DNA of 64,000 nucleotides from Chiloscyllium plagiosum (lineage: Eukaryota), in assembly GCF_004010195.1 (NCBI RefSeq), contig NC_057746.1, positions 11,134,881-11,198,880 of the forward strand. Direction: 5' to 3'. Position 1 is the stretch's first letter. Each line of letters opens with the position of its first letter. The notes below the pieces were generated by a model. The model did not search any database and was not told the origin of the DNA. It saw only the letters and a program-made list of their open reading frames with translations. Positions 11,838-24,050 of this stretch are shown here, in pieces. The position numbers and the translations under genes were made by a program.

Positions 11838-14800
11838 TCGTATGGACTTCAGCTTTGTTATCCTCTACCCTGGTGGAAAGGTCTTGACTATTCATCTTAT
11901 CCATACACCTCATACCCCTCATGGATTTATAAACCTCTTGAAGGTCATGCATCCTCCAATGCAAGAGGGAAAGGCAACCTAACCTATCTTTATGGTTCAA
12001 AATCTTCGCTTTCATTCAGTAACGTCATTTTTAACATGTTTGTAGCATTTCCAGTTCAATAACATTTTGCCAAAGCAAGTCGGAAAGAATTGTACACAAA
12101 ACTTGAGATATTGCATTATAATTGGCTCATACAACTTGTGGGCTCCAGCCGAGAAAATCAACAGTGCCTACCTCCTTCTTCAATGCATTGTGTAATTGTG
12201 ACTGCAGTTTCAAGGAATCATGTTCTTGCACATCTGCGTCTCTCTGTTCAAAAATACTCCCCATTGTGGACAATAAAAAATATATATCCTGCGTGGCTTG
12301 TCTAACAAAAAGCATTTATCTGCATTAAACTTCATCTTCCATTCCTTGACACACTGGCCCAATTGTTCAAGATCTCATTGTACTTTCAGACAACTGAATA
12401 CCATGCTTCCTATATTCTCATCCAAAATAATTGTTTGAATAGTCAACCTAGAATCGTTCCTTGCATTACACTACAGGTACAAGGCTTCCAATTGGATGAA
12501 CAACACTCTGTTCTTTCTCTCTGCCTCCTACCGTCAAGCCAATGTTGTATTCAACATTTTGCAGCGCAGCTCTTCCCGATTCAACATAATTTGCCATTAC
12601 ACATACAGAACATTCTCGACAGACTTGATGAAGTCCATGCAGACAACATTTATCTCTTTGCCTTCATCTTTCTCTTCGACACCTCCTCAAAAGTTCAATC
12701 AAGTTTGTGAAGAATGAACGTAGCCATGCTGATGATCCAAAGTCAGTCCAAGCCTTTCCACATGCATGTGAGTACTGTCTCTCAGATTTTCCTTCACCAG
12801 CTTACCCACTACAGACGTCAGGCTCATCGGTCTGCAGTCTCTGGCTTTCCCTAGCCGCCTGTATCTTCCAGCCCATTACCAAAGATTGTTAATGATGTAG
12901 ATGTCTCTGTTGTATACTCTGAATTTTCATTCCAAACTTCCCATTAAGTTCTGAGATACACTTGATACTGTCCCCAGGATTAATCTACCTTTATTAAAAA
13001 CTTCTTCTGGACTGAGGAATCATTTCAACACATCACAATTTATTTTCCCGAAGTTGCTGAGTCTCCCTGTCTTTCTACACATCAAATACTTACACGAAAT
13101 ATTCATGTAGGCTCTAACAATCTCATTTGGTTTCACTCATAGCTATAAACCTGACCTCCATTCTCTCCATAGTTACTCTTTTTCTCATAATGTCATTGCA
13201 CAATCTCTTAGGATCCTCCTTTCGCTTATCTGTCAAAGCTATCTCATGTCCCATTCCAGACCCCTCATTTCCATCCTAACAGAAGCCGACACCCACTAAT
13301 GTTTCCAAGGAATTGACTGATGCTGCTGTCGATAGTTGACACATGCCTGCTTACTTTCCCGTTACCAGAGCCTCAATGTCCAGTATTCCCCACTCCAATC
13401 AGCCTTGCCCTTCATCTTGACGATCATGCCATCCCTCATTATGCTGTTGAAAACCTCCCACTTCCAGATCTATTTTGACTGGAAAACCATTTCCTCAATT
13501 AGCTTTTGACAGTTCCTCCCTGAAACTGTCAAAACCTACCTTGACACAGTTTTGAGCTTTAACTTAGAATCGGACTAACGTTTTACATTGCAATTTTAAA
13601 ACTGACAGCATAGTGTGACAGCCCCCAGAGTCCTTCCTGATACCAACTCAACAACTTTCTCTGCCATATTTTCGAAGAGGAAATAAAGTTGAGGCCTACT
13701 ACAGATCAGCCATGATCTTAATGAATGGCACGGTAAATGGGGAGGGGGTGGGGACGAATGTGCTACTTGGGCTTCTTGTGTTCTCACTTTTTTTTGGAAA
13801 GTTAGTGATTGTTCTTTTCCAGCAAGTTCTGTTTTGAATGCTGCAGTCTAAGCACTAAAGGATTTTATTATGCATCTTTGGGTGAGGAGCAGTTACTGTA
13901 TTCACACCTAATCTGTATCTATAACATGACCAGCAAATGAAATACACCTTGCAAAGAGGGGAAGCTCTGTATAGAGTGATGAGAGACCTCTTCCATGTTC
14001 AAGTTGGATTTGCAATTACATTTTCCAACTAATTTTAATCTTTCTTCCTCATATTGACCGGTCAAGAAACAGTCTGACATCGTCTGACATCTTAACCTTC
14101 GAACTGATTCCCTAGATTTCATCCCGTGTAAGACGAGCCATCAATCATGTATACTCCTTATATACTCTCCTCATGAATTTATGCCGATTGTCAGAGCATT
14201 TCTTGTTCTCAGTCCAATCCTGTTAATTATTGATAAGCCTTGATGATTTGGAAGTGCCAGTGTTAGACTGGTGTAGAGAAAGCTAGAAATCAGGCAAACC
14301 AAGTTATAGTCCAAGAGGCTCATTTGGAAGCACTAGCTTTCGAAGCTTAGCTTGTTCATCAGGTAGTTGTGGAGCAGAATTATAAGACAGAGAATTTATA
14401 CCAACGGAATTACAGTGTCATAAAAAATGTAATGTTAAACAAATGTAGATTAAGTCTTTCATCTTTTAGGTGAACCTCCAAGAACCCACATTAAAGTATT
14501 TCTTCTGAGGATTTGCTCATTAACCTTCTCTATCTGTATCCCACAGCAGCCTCTGTACCTCTGCTTAACAATTTACTGAATTACTAACCTTGGTGGATGA
14601 ATTGACTGAGGTCCTATCAATTCGAACCCCTCTTCCACAGTATTAACACAGGTTTTAATCATTGATGAGCTCACACGATCCCTTATGAACTCCAATGAAT
14701 AAAGATTTACAACCTTAGTATAAACAGTTATGTCCACTTTGTATTTCCTGTTAGCTTATCAGGGCTACTCTATTGGTCCATAGCAATGTAGGAGGGACAA

Positions 14801-17129
14801 TCGTATCGTCCTATGCTGCGCAATTCCACAACAGCTCAATGACCTCATTCGAGTCCTGTGTAACTCCTAAGAGGAACGTGATGGTCTTCTTCTATCTCAT
14901 TGTGACGATGCTCAGTGTCTGATAGGGATCTTCCTCTACCTCCGTAACGGTATAGGATGGTTGAATTAGAGAACACCACAATGGGTTAGGAGCATCATTT
15001 GGCCATTCCGCCCCTCGAATCTGATGCAACATTCAAATTGCTCATTGTTGTTCTAATTATGGCTGAAGATCCCTTTCATGTTGATTCCAAATAATCATTG
15101 AGTCTGTTGTCCATCAAATGTCAGTTGAACTCAGCCTTCAATATCTTCAGCAACCAAATTTCACTGTTTCCTGGGATGAGGATAACACAAATATCACAGC
15201 CCGAACGAGAAAGGGACATCATGTCTCAATAGAGGACGTTTTCATTTCTAAATAGTGTTAACCTGGCACCAAGTCACCACATCCTTTGAAGCACAAGGAC
15301 ATAAGAATTAGGAACAGACATTGACCACTCTGGCCCTCAAACCTGCCTCCCATTACCATGGACTGTCCAGCCAAATTTTCAGCAACCTTACCCTAAACTG
15401 GGTTAACGGGGCACATTTCAAGATACGAACTGCAACACCATACGAAAATTTTAAATTCGTACCAGAGCTAGGTCATATGGCCCATTACCTGTGCTCTTCT
15501 GTTGAGCATGGATGTTATGTTTCTCAACACCGTTCTCTTGCTTTCTCCACGTAACACGTGATCAACTTATAAATTAACAATTTGTCAATCTCTATCCTAA
15601 TGATGCTACTGTCTCGTTGTGACTCTGTGTGTCTATGTAGTTATCGCTTTGGGCATGTGCATCTGTGTCTTTGTGTGTTTACTTGTATAAGTATATGCAT
15701 TTATTGGTCTCTGTGTTGTGTCATTTAGTGTATCAATGTATTTATTTCTGCATATGCATCCTTTTACAGTTAGGTTTCTATTGTTTTCGACCGGTTACAT
15801 TGAAATTGGGATCAATCTGGCTGTCCCCTTTGTGTTCGAATGAAAGAGATCAGGATAGCATAAGACCATAAGACATAAGAGCAGAAATTCGGTCTTTCGA
15901 ATCTGCACATCTATTCAATTATGAATGATCAGTTTCTCTGCACCATTCTTCCACTTTGTCGCCATAACCCTCGATCTTCTTGACAAGCAAGAACCAATCT
16001 TTCACTATTTTCAATATACTCAATGAGTTAGCCACTGCAGCCCATCTATGGCAGTGACTGCTTTAGGTTCATTACTCTCTGCCTGAAGAATTTTCTCGTT
16101 GTCCCCATTATTCTAAGGTTGTGCTCTCGTGTCCTATTCTCTCCTACCAATGAAAACACGTTCCCCAAATCCATTCTGTGCAGAGCAATCAGTATCCTGA
16201 ACGTTTCAATTAGATTTCCCCTTTATCCTTCTAAAGTCGACCAAGTATAGATCCACATTACTCAACCGTTTCTCATATGTGAAGCTTTTCATTGCTGGGA
16301 CCAATGTTGGGGAACACCTCTGAACACGCTCCAGAGACAGTGCATTCTTCCCGAAATAGGAAGCCTGACCAGAGCATTATAAAGCCTCAGAAATATATAT
16401 TTTTCTCATTCCAGTTCTCTTAACATAATCACCATCATTGAATTTGTCTTCCTAACTCTTGACTCAATTTTTCCTTGATCGAATCCTGGAATTAAACTGC
16501 CACTTCCCCTGTACTGTAGACTTCGACACTTTCTCAACAATTAGAAAATAGCCCATACCTTTAATTCTTCCTATCAAAGTGCATGACCTCATACTTTCCC
16601 AGTTTATACTCCATCTGCAGATTCTTGACCCACTCTCCTGACATCCAAATTCTTCTGCAGCCTCCTCTGCTCCTGAATGCTACCTGACCCTTAACATCCC
16701 ACAGTGCCTTCATCTGGATCGTAATGATAAAAATAAAAAATTGTGCTTCCAAAACAGAGCCTTGCAGAACACCACTTGTCACCTGCTGCCATCTTGCAAA
16801 AGATCATTTTATCCCGAAACTGTTTTTTTCCCCGACAGCCAAGCTTCTAACCATGCTTGCACTTTCCCTTTTCGATCATGGTGCCTTAACTCACTCGTGA
16901 GCCTCTGGTGTGGTGTCTTGCCAAGATCCTTCTTGAAGTCCACATATATGACATCTATTGGTTCTCCTTCATCTAGCATGCTCGTAACTTAATCAAATAA
17001 TTGTAGGACATTTGTCAGGCATGACAGCGCTTTGATGAAACCTTGCTGACTCTGCCTATATTATTAGACTCTTCCATGTATTCAGAAAGGTCGTCCTTCA
17101 AAACGGATTTTAGGATCTTACTATCAACC

Positions 17130-18023
17130 AGTTTAGTCTCAAGGCCGTATCGACAGAAATTACCAACAGTACACATCCGTGCTCGAGCAGACCCTCACGC
17201 GACCAGTGAGTCCCTCGCGCCACCCATGAAGTGGTAACCATCGGGACTTATTAACATCACATGGAAATTTGTCTCAATCTCTTAGTCCGACACCGATTCA
17301 ACCCACTGCACCGTTTTCCTGAACAATCATCTGCATCTCTTCAAACTTGAATTTTCAATCCACTTTGTGGTTCTTTGGATCTGAGAGATCCACCAGCAGA
17401 TTTCTTTGCAACTCTCTGATCCTGAGGACCTCACTTACAAAGTTTACAGTAAATGCTAATCTTCGTTGTGTGGGTAGACGGCCCTTTCGTTCTGTCTGTT
17501 TTAAGAGAGTTCCCCATTAAACGTAGTAGTGCCCTGCAACTGTAACCTCTTTCAGACAGAAAGATCGCTTCTCAGTCCCATCTGGAGTGCCAAATTTGTT
17601 GTGGAAGAATCACTCAACATGGCATAAAAAATTACCAGGAGACGCAGAAAATCCTTCATGAAATTAAACTTTAGTCTTGCAAAATCAAAACTGTGACAAT
17701 CAGAAAGTGTCTTTCTTGTCTGCCCACGAGACCATTGTTTCTCTGCAGTCTATACAGTCTTAGGTTCCGGCACTCATCTGATCGCATTAGCAGATCCAGT
17801 CATGCGGGTTTGCTTTGGATTCCTCACCTAATTATCATTTGCCTCATTTGGTTCACTACATTACACTTATCTTTTCATAATACAGCTCAATCGTCTTCAG
17901 TATTAGTTCAGCTATCAGTGATTTAACTAGTCTATAACCGTGCACGACCATTATATGTTATTGGAGCTCCTATGCATGCAATACAACACTAAGTTAGCTA
18001 CATAACTGTCTAATTAACTTCCA
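17130..18023 (-). mobile_element. Truncated related ERV: 5' LTR (17597-18023), PBS and leader
   Basis: LTR homologous to 26619/33640 copies; leader 17440-17574 aligns with 33480-33617; PBS at 17575-17592. Lies between two pieces of a minus-strand CR1. Confidence 0.75.
17575..17592 (-). promoter_or_regulatory. Primer binding site, tRNA-Arg(CCU)-type
   Basis: Minus strand TGGCACTCCAGATGGGAC, 4 nt after the LTR; 17/18 match to the complement of the recalled tRNA-Arg(CCU) 3' end (TGGCACCCCAGATGGGAC). Confidence 0.75.
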
Positions 18024-20644
18024 TGCCCTTCGAAACATTATTTGTTTTATCGTTTGTTTTTATACAATCCATTACTTCCCTGGACACCCATGGTTGCCTC
18101 ATCCATCCTTCACCATCGTTCCTTTTCCTTAGGATGAATCTCTGCTGTGTCTCATGAATTATTCTCAGAAACCCTTGCTGTTGTTGTTCCACTGGCTTTC
18201 CTGCTCGGTGTTTCCTCCCGTCAATTCTACTCAGCTGCTCACCCATGCCTCAGCAGATGCCTTAAATCAGCGGTAACATCGGTACCTAGGATTCTACCTT
18301 CTCCCTTCAATATTGAGGCGTAAATTCAATCACCATTTTATCACGGCCTCCGGCATGTTCCTTGACCTTTAGTTCCCTTACCAAGACTGCCTCTTTGCGC
18401 GACACTAAATTCAGTATTGCCTGTTCATTTGTGCACTCCACAACAAATTGCTCCAAAAAACCAACTCATAGATACTCTACAAATGTTTTATTTTTCTTGC
18501 AGTACATTGCTAACCTGATTTTCCCACTCCACTTGCATATTGAGATCACCCAGGATCACTGTAACATTGCGTTTCCTTCACATCTTTTATTTTTCCGGAT
18601 GTATCTTGCACCCCAATTCGTGAACACTGTTTGGAGGCCTGTGCCTCACTCCAAAGTTTTCTTTTACCTTTGTGGTTCCTCAATTCTGCTGACACATTCT
18701 AATCCATCCGATACTACTTCGTGTATCACGAATAATTAACGCTATATATTTATAATTTGGAAACTCCGCCGCTGCCAACCTATCTATCTTTACCATAGAA
18801 GGTATATCCTTGAACACTTACCTCCCAATCCTGATCCCCTTGCAGCCACGTCTCCGTGTTGCCAACCTGCTGAGAAATTTGATTTACGCCAGAAGCTCAT
18901 TATCCTTATTCCTAAAACTGTGCGCATTCAGATATAGGACATTCAATCCTGTATTAACCATTCCTGCTCTCATTGTCTTTCATTTGTCGTCGTGCTTGAA
19001 GTTTGATCGTCAACGTTTTCCAAAATCTCTGCTTTATTTGTGTCGGTGCTGGAGAATTTAAAGAGCTCTTCTGAATTCTGAATTCTTGCATTTTTCTTTT
19101 ATTCTGTTTTTCTAACTTGCCCGATAATTGACCCTACATTTCAAGCTCCCGACTCCCGCCCCAATTTCGTTTAAAGCCCTGTCGACGGACCTCGCTGTGT
19201 AATTCGCGAGGACTCTGGTCCCAACACGTTTCAAATGAAGACCATCCTATTGGAACTGTTCCCGCCTTCCCCAGTGCTCGTGCCATTGTCCAATAAATAA
19301 AACCCATTTCTCCCACACCAGTCATGACAATGCCACTATGTTCTGAGCGCCTACAGTATGTCAAAAGCATGTCCAATAAATAAAACCCATTTCTCCCACA
19401 ACAATAATGACAATGCCATTATCTTCTGAGAGCCTATAGTATGGCAAAAACAGATGACGTATTTTACACAAATTTCATAAGTTGCAGGACAATTTATTCA
19501 TCTTACGAAAAAGCAGTGCTTTGAAAGCTTGTGACTTCAAATAAACCCGTTGGACTGTAACTTGGTGTAATCTGACTTCCGAATTTGTCTGCAATGGTCT
19601 AATACTAGCACCTCCACATTATGACATATTTTTTATGAGAAACATCAAAGACTGCGAATGTCTCACATTTCACGTTCATTTTGTCCTTTTTGGATACTCA
19701 TTGCAATGCTAGGCCAATTCCTACCGTTAGGTTTTTATCATGGCTTTTTATCCTGTCTCACCAGAGTTTGAAGCGTATGTCAAAATACATTCTAAGTTAG
19801 AGAAATGGAAATGGAAATTCATCTTAACATCTATCAAAATTCTTCAAAAGTAAACAACCTTGTTCCAGCACGAATGATCCCTCTGTCAAATTCAAACCAA
19901 TTTTATATGACTATAACTTATTTCAAGATTCAGTCATATGCTCATCCAAATATCTCTGCAGACCAAATGCTCATCCAAAACTCTCCATCACCTGAACTCA
20001 CACGAATATCCAAGTTAACCATCTTTCCTGGAAATACATTTTTGGGGAAGAACGAGTACAGAGAGGGAGAAACGACTGGGGGATGCCGGGAAGGGAAATT
20101 ACTCACGTCAAAAAGGACTTAAATCGAACCTGAAGCCTCCATTTCCAGCAGGGATGAGAGCGAGGAGCTGAATGGGAGCCGTCGAATTGCATTCTGGGAA
20201 GGTGAGTGAACTCTTATATATGCGCAGTGGCTCAATCCGAGATTCCAGATGGAATGTGTAGTATCTCCCAGCAGCTTTCGTCCTCTAACCAAAAAGGACG
20301 CATCTGGTTGGTTCATGACGTAACGTTTGACTATTTCATCTTTATTGTGTGATTTCTTTCCTTTGTAGTCTATCTAAGTTCAGACCACTTTAAGGTTAAC
20401 ATTAAAAACGGCAGGGCATGGCAGACCCGTCATATGCTCCTCTAGCTCAATGTGGCAGCTCTGGGAGACAATGATGTTCCTGACACCTTCATGTTCAGGA
20501 ATTGTGTCCAGCTGCAAAACGTGTTAGACGGAATGAGGTCTCTGGAGCTACGGATGAACTCACTTTGGAGCACATGCGATGATGACGCGGTCCTGGATAT
20601 TAAGTTTAGTGAATTGGTCACGCCGCACATTATGAGTGCTGATT

Positions 20645-21943
20645 GAGAAGATTTGTAGCTCAGGTGCTCGTTGTTGTGGTTCTGTTCGCCGAGCTGGGAA
20701 TTTGTGTTGCAGACGTTTCGTCCCCTGTCTAGGTGGCATCCTCTGTACTTGGGAGCCGCCTGTGAAGCGCTTCTGTGATCTTTCCTCGGGAATTTATAGT
20801 GGTTTGTCTCTGCCACTTCCGATTGTCAGTTCCAGCTCTCCGTTGCAGTGGTCGGTATATTGGGTCCAGGTCGATGTGCTTATTGATTGAATCTGAGGAT
20901 GAGTGCCATGCCTCGAGGCATCCCCTAGCTGTTCTCTGTTTGGCTTGTCCTAAAATAGTAGTGGTGTCCCAGTCGAACTCATGTTGCTTGTCATCTGCGT
21001 GTGTGGCTACTAAGGATAGCTGGTCGTGTCGTTTCGTGGCTAACTGGTGTTCATGGATGCGGATCGTTAGTTGTCTTCCGGTTTGTCCTATGTAGTGTTT
21101 TACCGCAAACAGTCTTACCGCAAACTCTGGGTCAGATATGTGGATGACACCTTTGTAATCATTAAGAACACACACCGGATCATCAACGCCACACTCACAG
21201 GAATCCGATTCACTAGAAAGGAAGAAAAGGATAACCAACTCCCATTCCTAGACGTGTTGGTACAGAGAACATCTAACGGAGAATTCACCACAAAGGTATA
21301 CAGGAAGTCCACACATACAGACCAAGTCCTGAACCACGAAAGCAACCACCCCAACACACACAAAAGAAGTTGCATCAAGACACTGTTCAAAAGAGTCACA
21401 ACACACTGCAGTACACCAGAACTGCAAAAAGTGGAAGAAGAACACATATACAATGTATTCACCAAAAATGGATACCCGCGCAATTTCACGAACAGATGCC
21501 TAAGGGAAAGTCAACGGAACGAGGACATGCCGCAACCCAAAGGACTAGCCACACTAACATACATCAAGAGCATTTCTGAACTGACAGCCAGACTACTGCG
21601 ACCACTAGGACTCATAACAGCACACAAACCAACAGCCACTCTCAGACAACAACTCACCAGAACGAAGGACCCGCTACCCAGCATGTGCAAAACCAATGTA
21701 GTGTACAAAATCCATGCAAGGACTGCGGAAAACACTACATTGGACATACAGGAACACAGCTAACCATCCGCAACCATGAACACCAATTAGCCACGAAACG
21801 ACACGACCAGCTATCTTTAGTAGCCACACACGCAGATGACAAGCAACATGAGTTCAACTGGGACAACACTAAGGATGTCACCTAGACAGAGGACGAAACG
21901 TCTATAACATAAATTCCCAGCTCAGCGAACAGAACCACAACAA
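20645..21943. mobile_element. Penelope-like element (second family), inverted 5'-truncated structure inside CR1 ORF1
   Basis: Minus-strand GIY-YIG/3' end 20645-~21100 (HYIGQTGRQLTIRIHEHQ...LEAWHS) joined to plus-strand RT C-terminus and GIY-YIG (LWVRYVDDTFV, VYRKSTHTDQVL, NVVYKI); both ends finish in the same pseudo-LTR with a degenerate hammerhead (...ggatgtcacctagacag.ggacgaaacgtc). Confidence 0.9.
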
Positions 21944-23949
21944 TAAGAAAGGCAATGACTGATCGAAAGGCAAAGAAAGAACAGAAAAACAGTGCAAGTG
22001 TCCCTGCGGTCATCTCCCTCCAAAACACGTATACCATATAGGATACTGTTGGCGGACATGGCTCGCATGTGGAATGCAGCCGTATCCAGCTTCATGGCAC
22101 CTTGACTGACTCTACTGTTCAGAAGGATCGGAAAAAGATTAAAATGGCTATAATCACAATGGATTCAATTGTAAGGGGTGTGGATATGTGGCTCTGTGGT
22201 CGAAAACGAGACACACGAATGGTATGTTGCCTCCCAGGTCCATAGGTCAGTGATGTGTCAGACCGGCTGCAGAACATTCTGAAGCGAGAGGGTGTACAGC
22301 CAGTTGTCGTAGTGCATATAGGCGCCAATTATATAGGCAATAAATGGAAAGAGGTCCCACAAGCAGAACTGAGCGAGTTAGGAGCCAAGTTAAAACGTAG
22401 GACCTCAGAGGTCGTACTCTCAGGATTGCTACCCGTGCCACGTGCTAGTCAGAGCAGAAATGCAAGATTAGGCAGGATGAATGCGTTTGCTTGAGAGATG
22501 TTGCAAGTGGGAGAGGCTCAGATTTTCGTCACAAGTTTTGGGAAGTTGTGACGATTCCAATTTGGATTTTCTATACTTGGGCTGGACAGAAACCAATATT
22601 TTCACGGGTCATTTTGCTATTGATGTTGGTTCGGGTTTCAACTAATGTGGCAGTGGGATGAGAACCAAATGAGGCGGTTGTGGACTGTAAGTAGGTAGTA
22701 ACTAAAGCCTGTAAGGAACTAGATCATGACATCAGTGTGACTAGACCGGAATAGTAGGCCGGGAGCAGAAAGGAACTAGCGATCAGACTAAGGCAGATGA
22801 AGTTAGGGCTTGCATTAATACCCGAGAGTATGATGTTATTGAAATTGCAGAGACATATTTGTGGAAAGGGCATAATTGGCAAATAAATATCCCAGGTTAT
22901 CGATACTTCTTCAGGCGAGACAGGGAGAGAGGTAAAAATGCTGGAGGGGGTGTACTATTGGTCAGAGAGGGTATCACAGTTGTGCTGAAGGAGGGCAGTA
23001 TGTATGACTTGAGCAGTGAGGCAATATGGGTAGAGCTCAGAAAAAGGAAGGGTGCAGTAGCAATATTGGGCTGTGCTGTGTGCCTCGCAACAGCGAGCGT
23101 GAGGTAGAGGTACAAATGAGTCAACAGGTTTGGCAAAGATGCAGAAACAACAGGGTGATGGTGAGAGGGTTTTTTTTTTAAAATTTCCCAACATTGATTG
23201 GGATTCACTTCGTGTTAGACCGACCAGAATTTGTAAGAAGTATCTCGGAGGATTTTCTGGAGCAGTACATACCGTACATACTGGATCTGGTGGTGGGAAA
23301 TGAGCCTGGACAAGTGCTTGAACTTTCAACAGCAGATTACTTTGGGAATAGAGATCATAATTCCGTAAGTTTTAGAATACTCATGGACCAAGATGAGGGT
23401 GCTTCTGAAGGAAGTGCGATAAATTGAGGAAAGGCCAACTATACCAAAATTGGGCAGGAGCCAGGGAACAGAGATTTGGAGCACCTGTTTAAATGTAAAT
23501 ACACATTCGATAAATGGGAAGCTTTTTAAGAGAGGTTGATACGATTGAAGGAAAGATATATTCATGTGAAAATGAGAGACAGAACTCGCAAGATTAGGCA
23601 GCCAAGTATGACAGGTGAAATTGTGGGATTCGATTAGAGAAAAAGAAAGCGTACATAAGGTTTATGTAACTGAAGACAGACAAAGCTTTGTATGGATATT
23701 GGGAAAGTATTACCATTTGGAAATGATGATTTAAGAGGACTAAAAGGGATATATATTTAGCAAACAGTCTTAAGGAAAATCATCTGCTTAGAGCAAGAGG
23801 GTAAGTAGATAAATGGGTGGCCCACTCACGGACAAAGGAGGAAAGCCATGAGTGGACTCAGAGAAAATTGGTGACATTCTCCATGAGTACTTAACGTCAG
23901 TATTCACCTAGGAGAGGAACATGATGGTTATTGAGTTTAGGGATAGATG

Positions 23950-24050
23950 CTAAAAGATGTGTTGCTGGAAAAGCGCAGCAGGTCAGGCAGCATCCAAGGA
24001 GCAGGAGAATCGAAGTTTCGGGCATAAGTCCTTCTTCAGGAACCACCTAG
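23950..24050 (-). mobile_element. Short Penelope pseudo-LTR fragment in CR1 ORF2
   Basis: gctggaaaagcgcagcaggtcaggcagcatcc...tttcgggcataagtccttcttcagg; flanked by ttagggatagatg (23937-23949) / ttagagatagatg (24051-24063). Confidence 0.75.

Larger units (their letters stand above)
11355..13570 (-). mobile_element. Old CR1 ORF2/3' end
   Basis: Reverse-strand CR1 tail and RT remnants (LQEVYKSMRG...DKMNSQDL); hosts the 11627-11837 palindrome. Confidence 0.7.
15860..19330 (-). mobile_element. CR1 LINE in two pieces (15860-17130, 18024-19330) around the truncated ERV
   Basis: 3' tail (cataaga)n at 15860, SGVLQGSVL and LQMEY..GKYEVMHF, then linker, endonuclease and ORF1 remnants. Confidence 0.75.
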
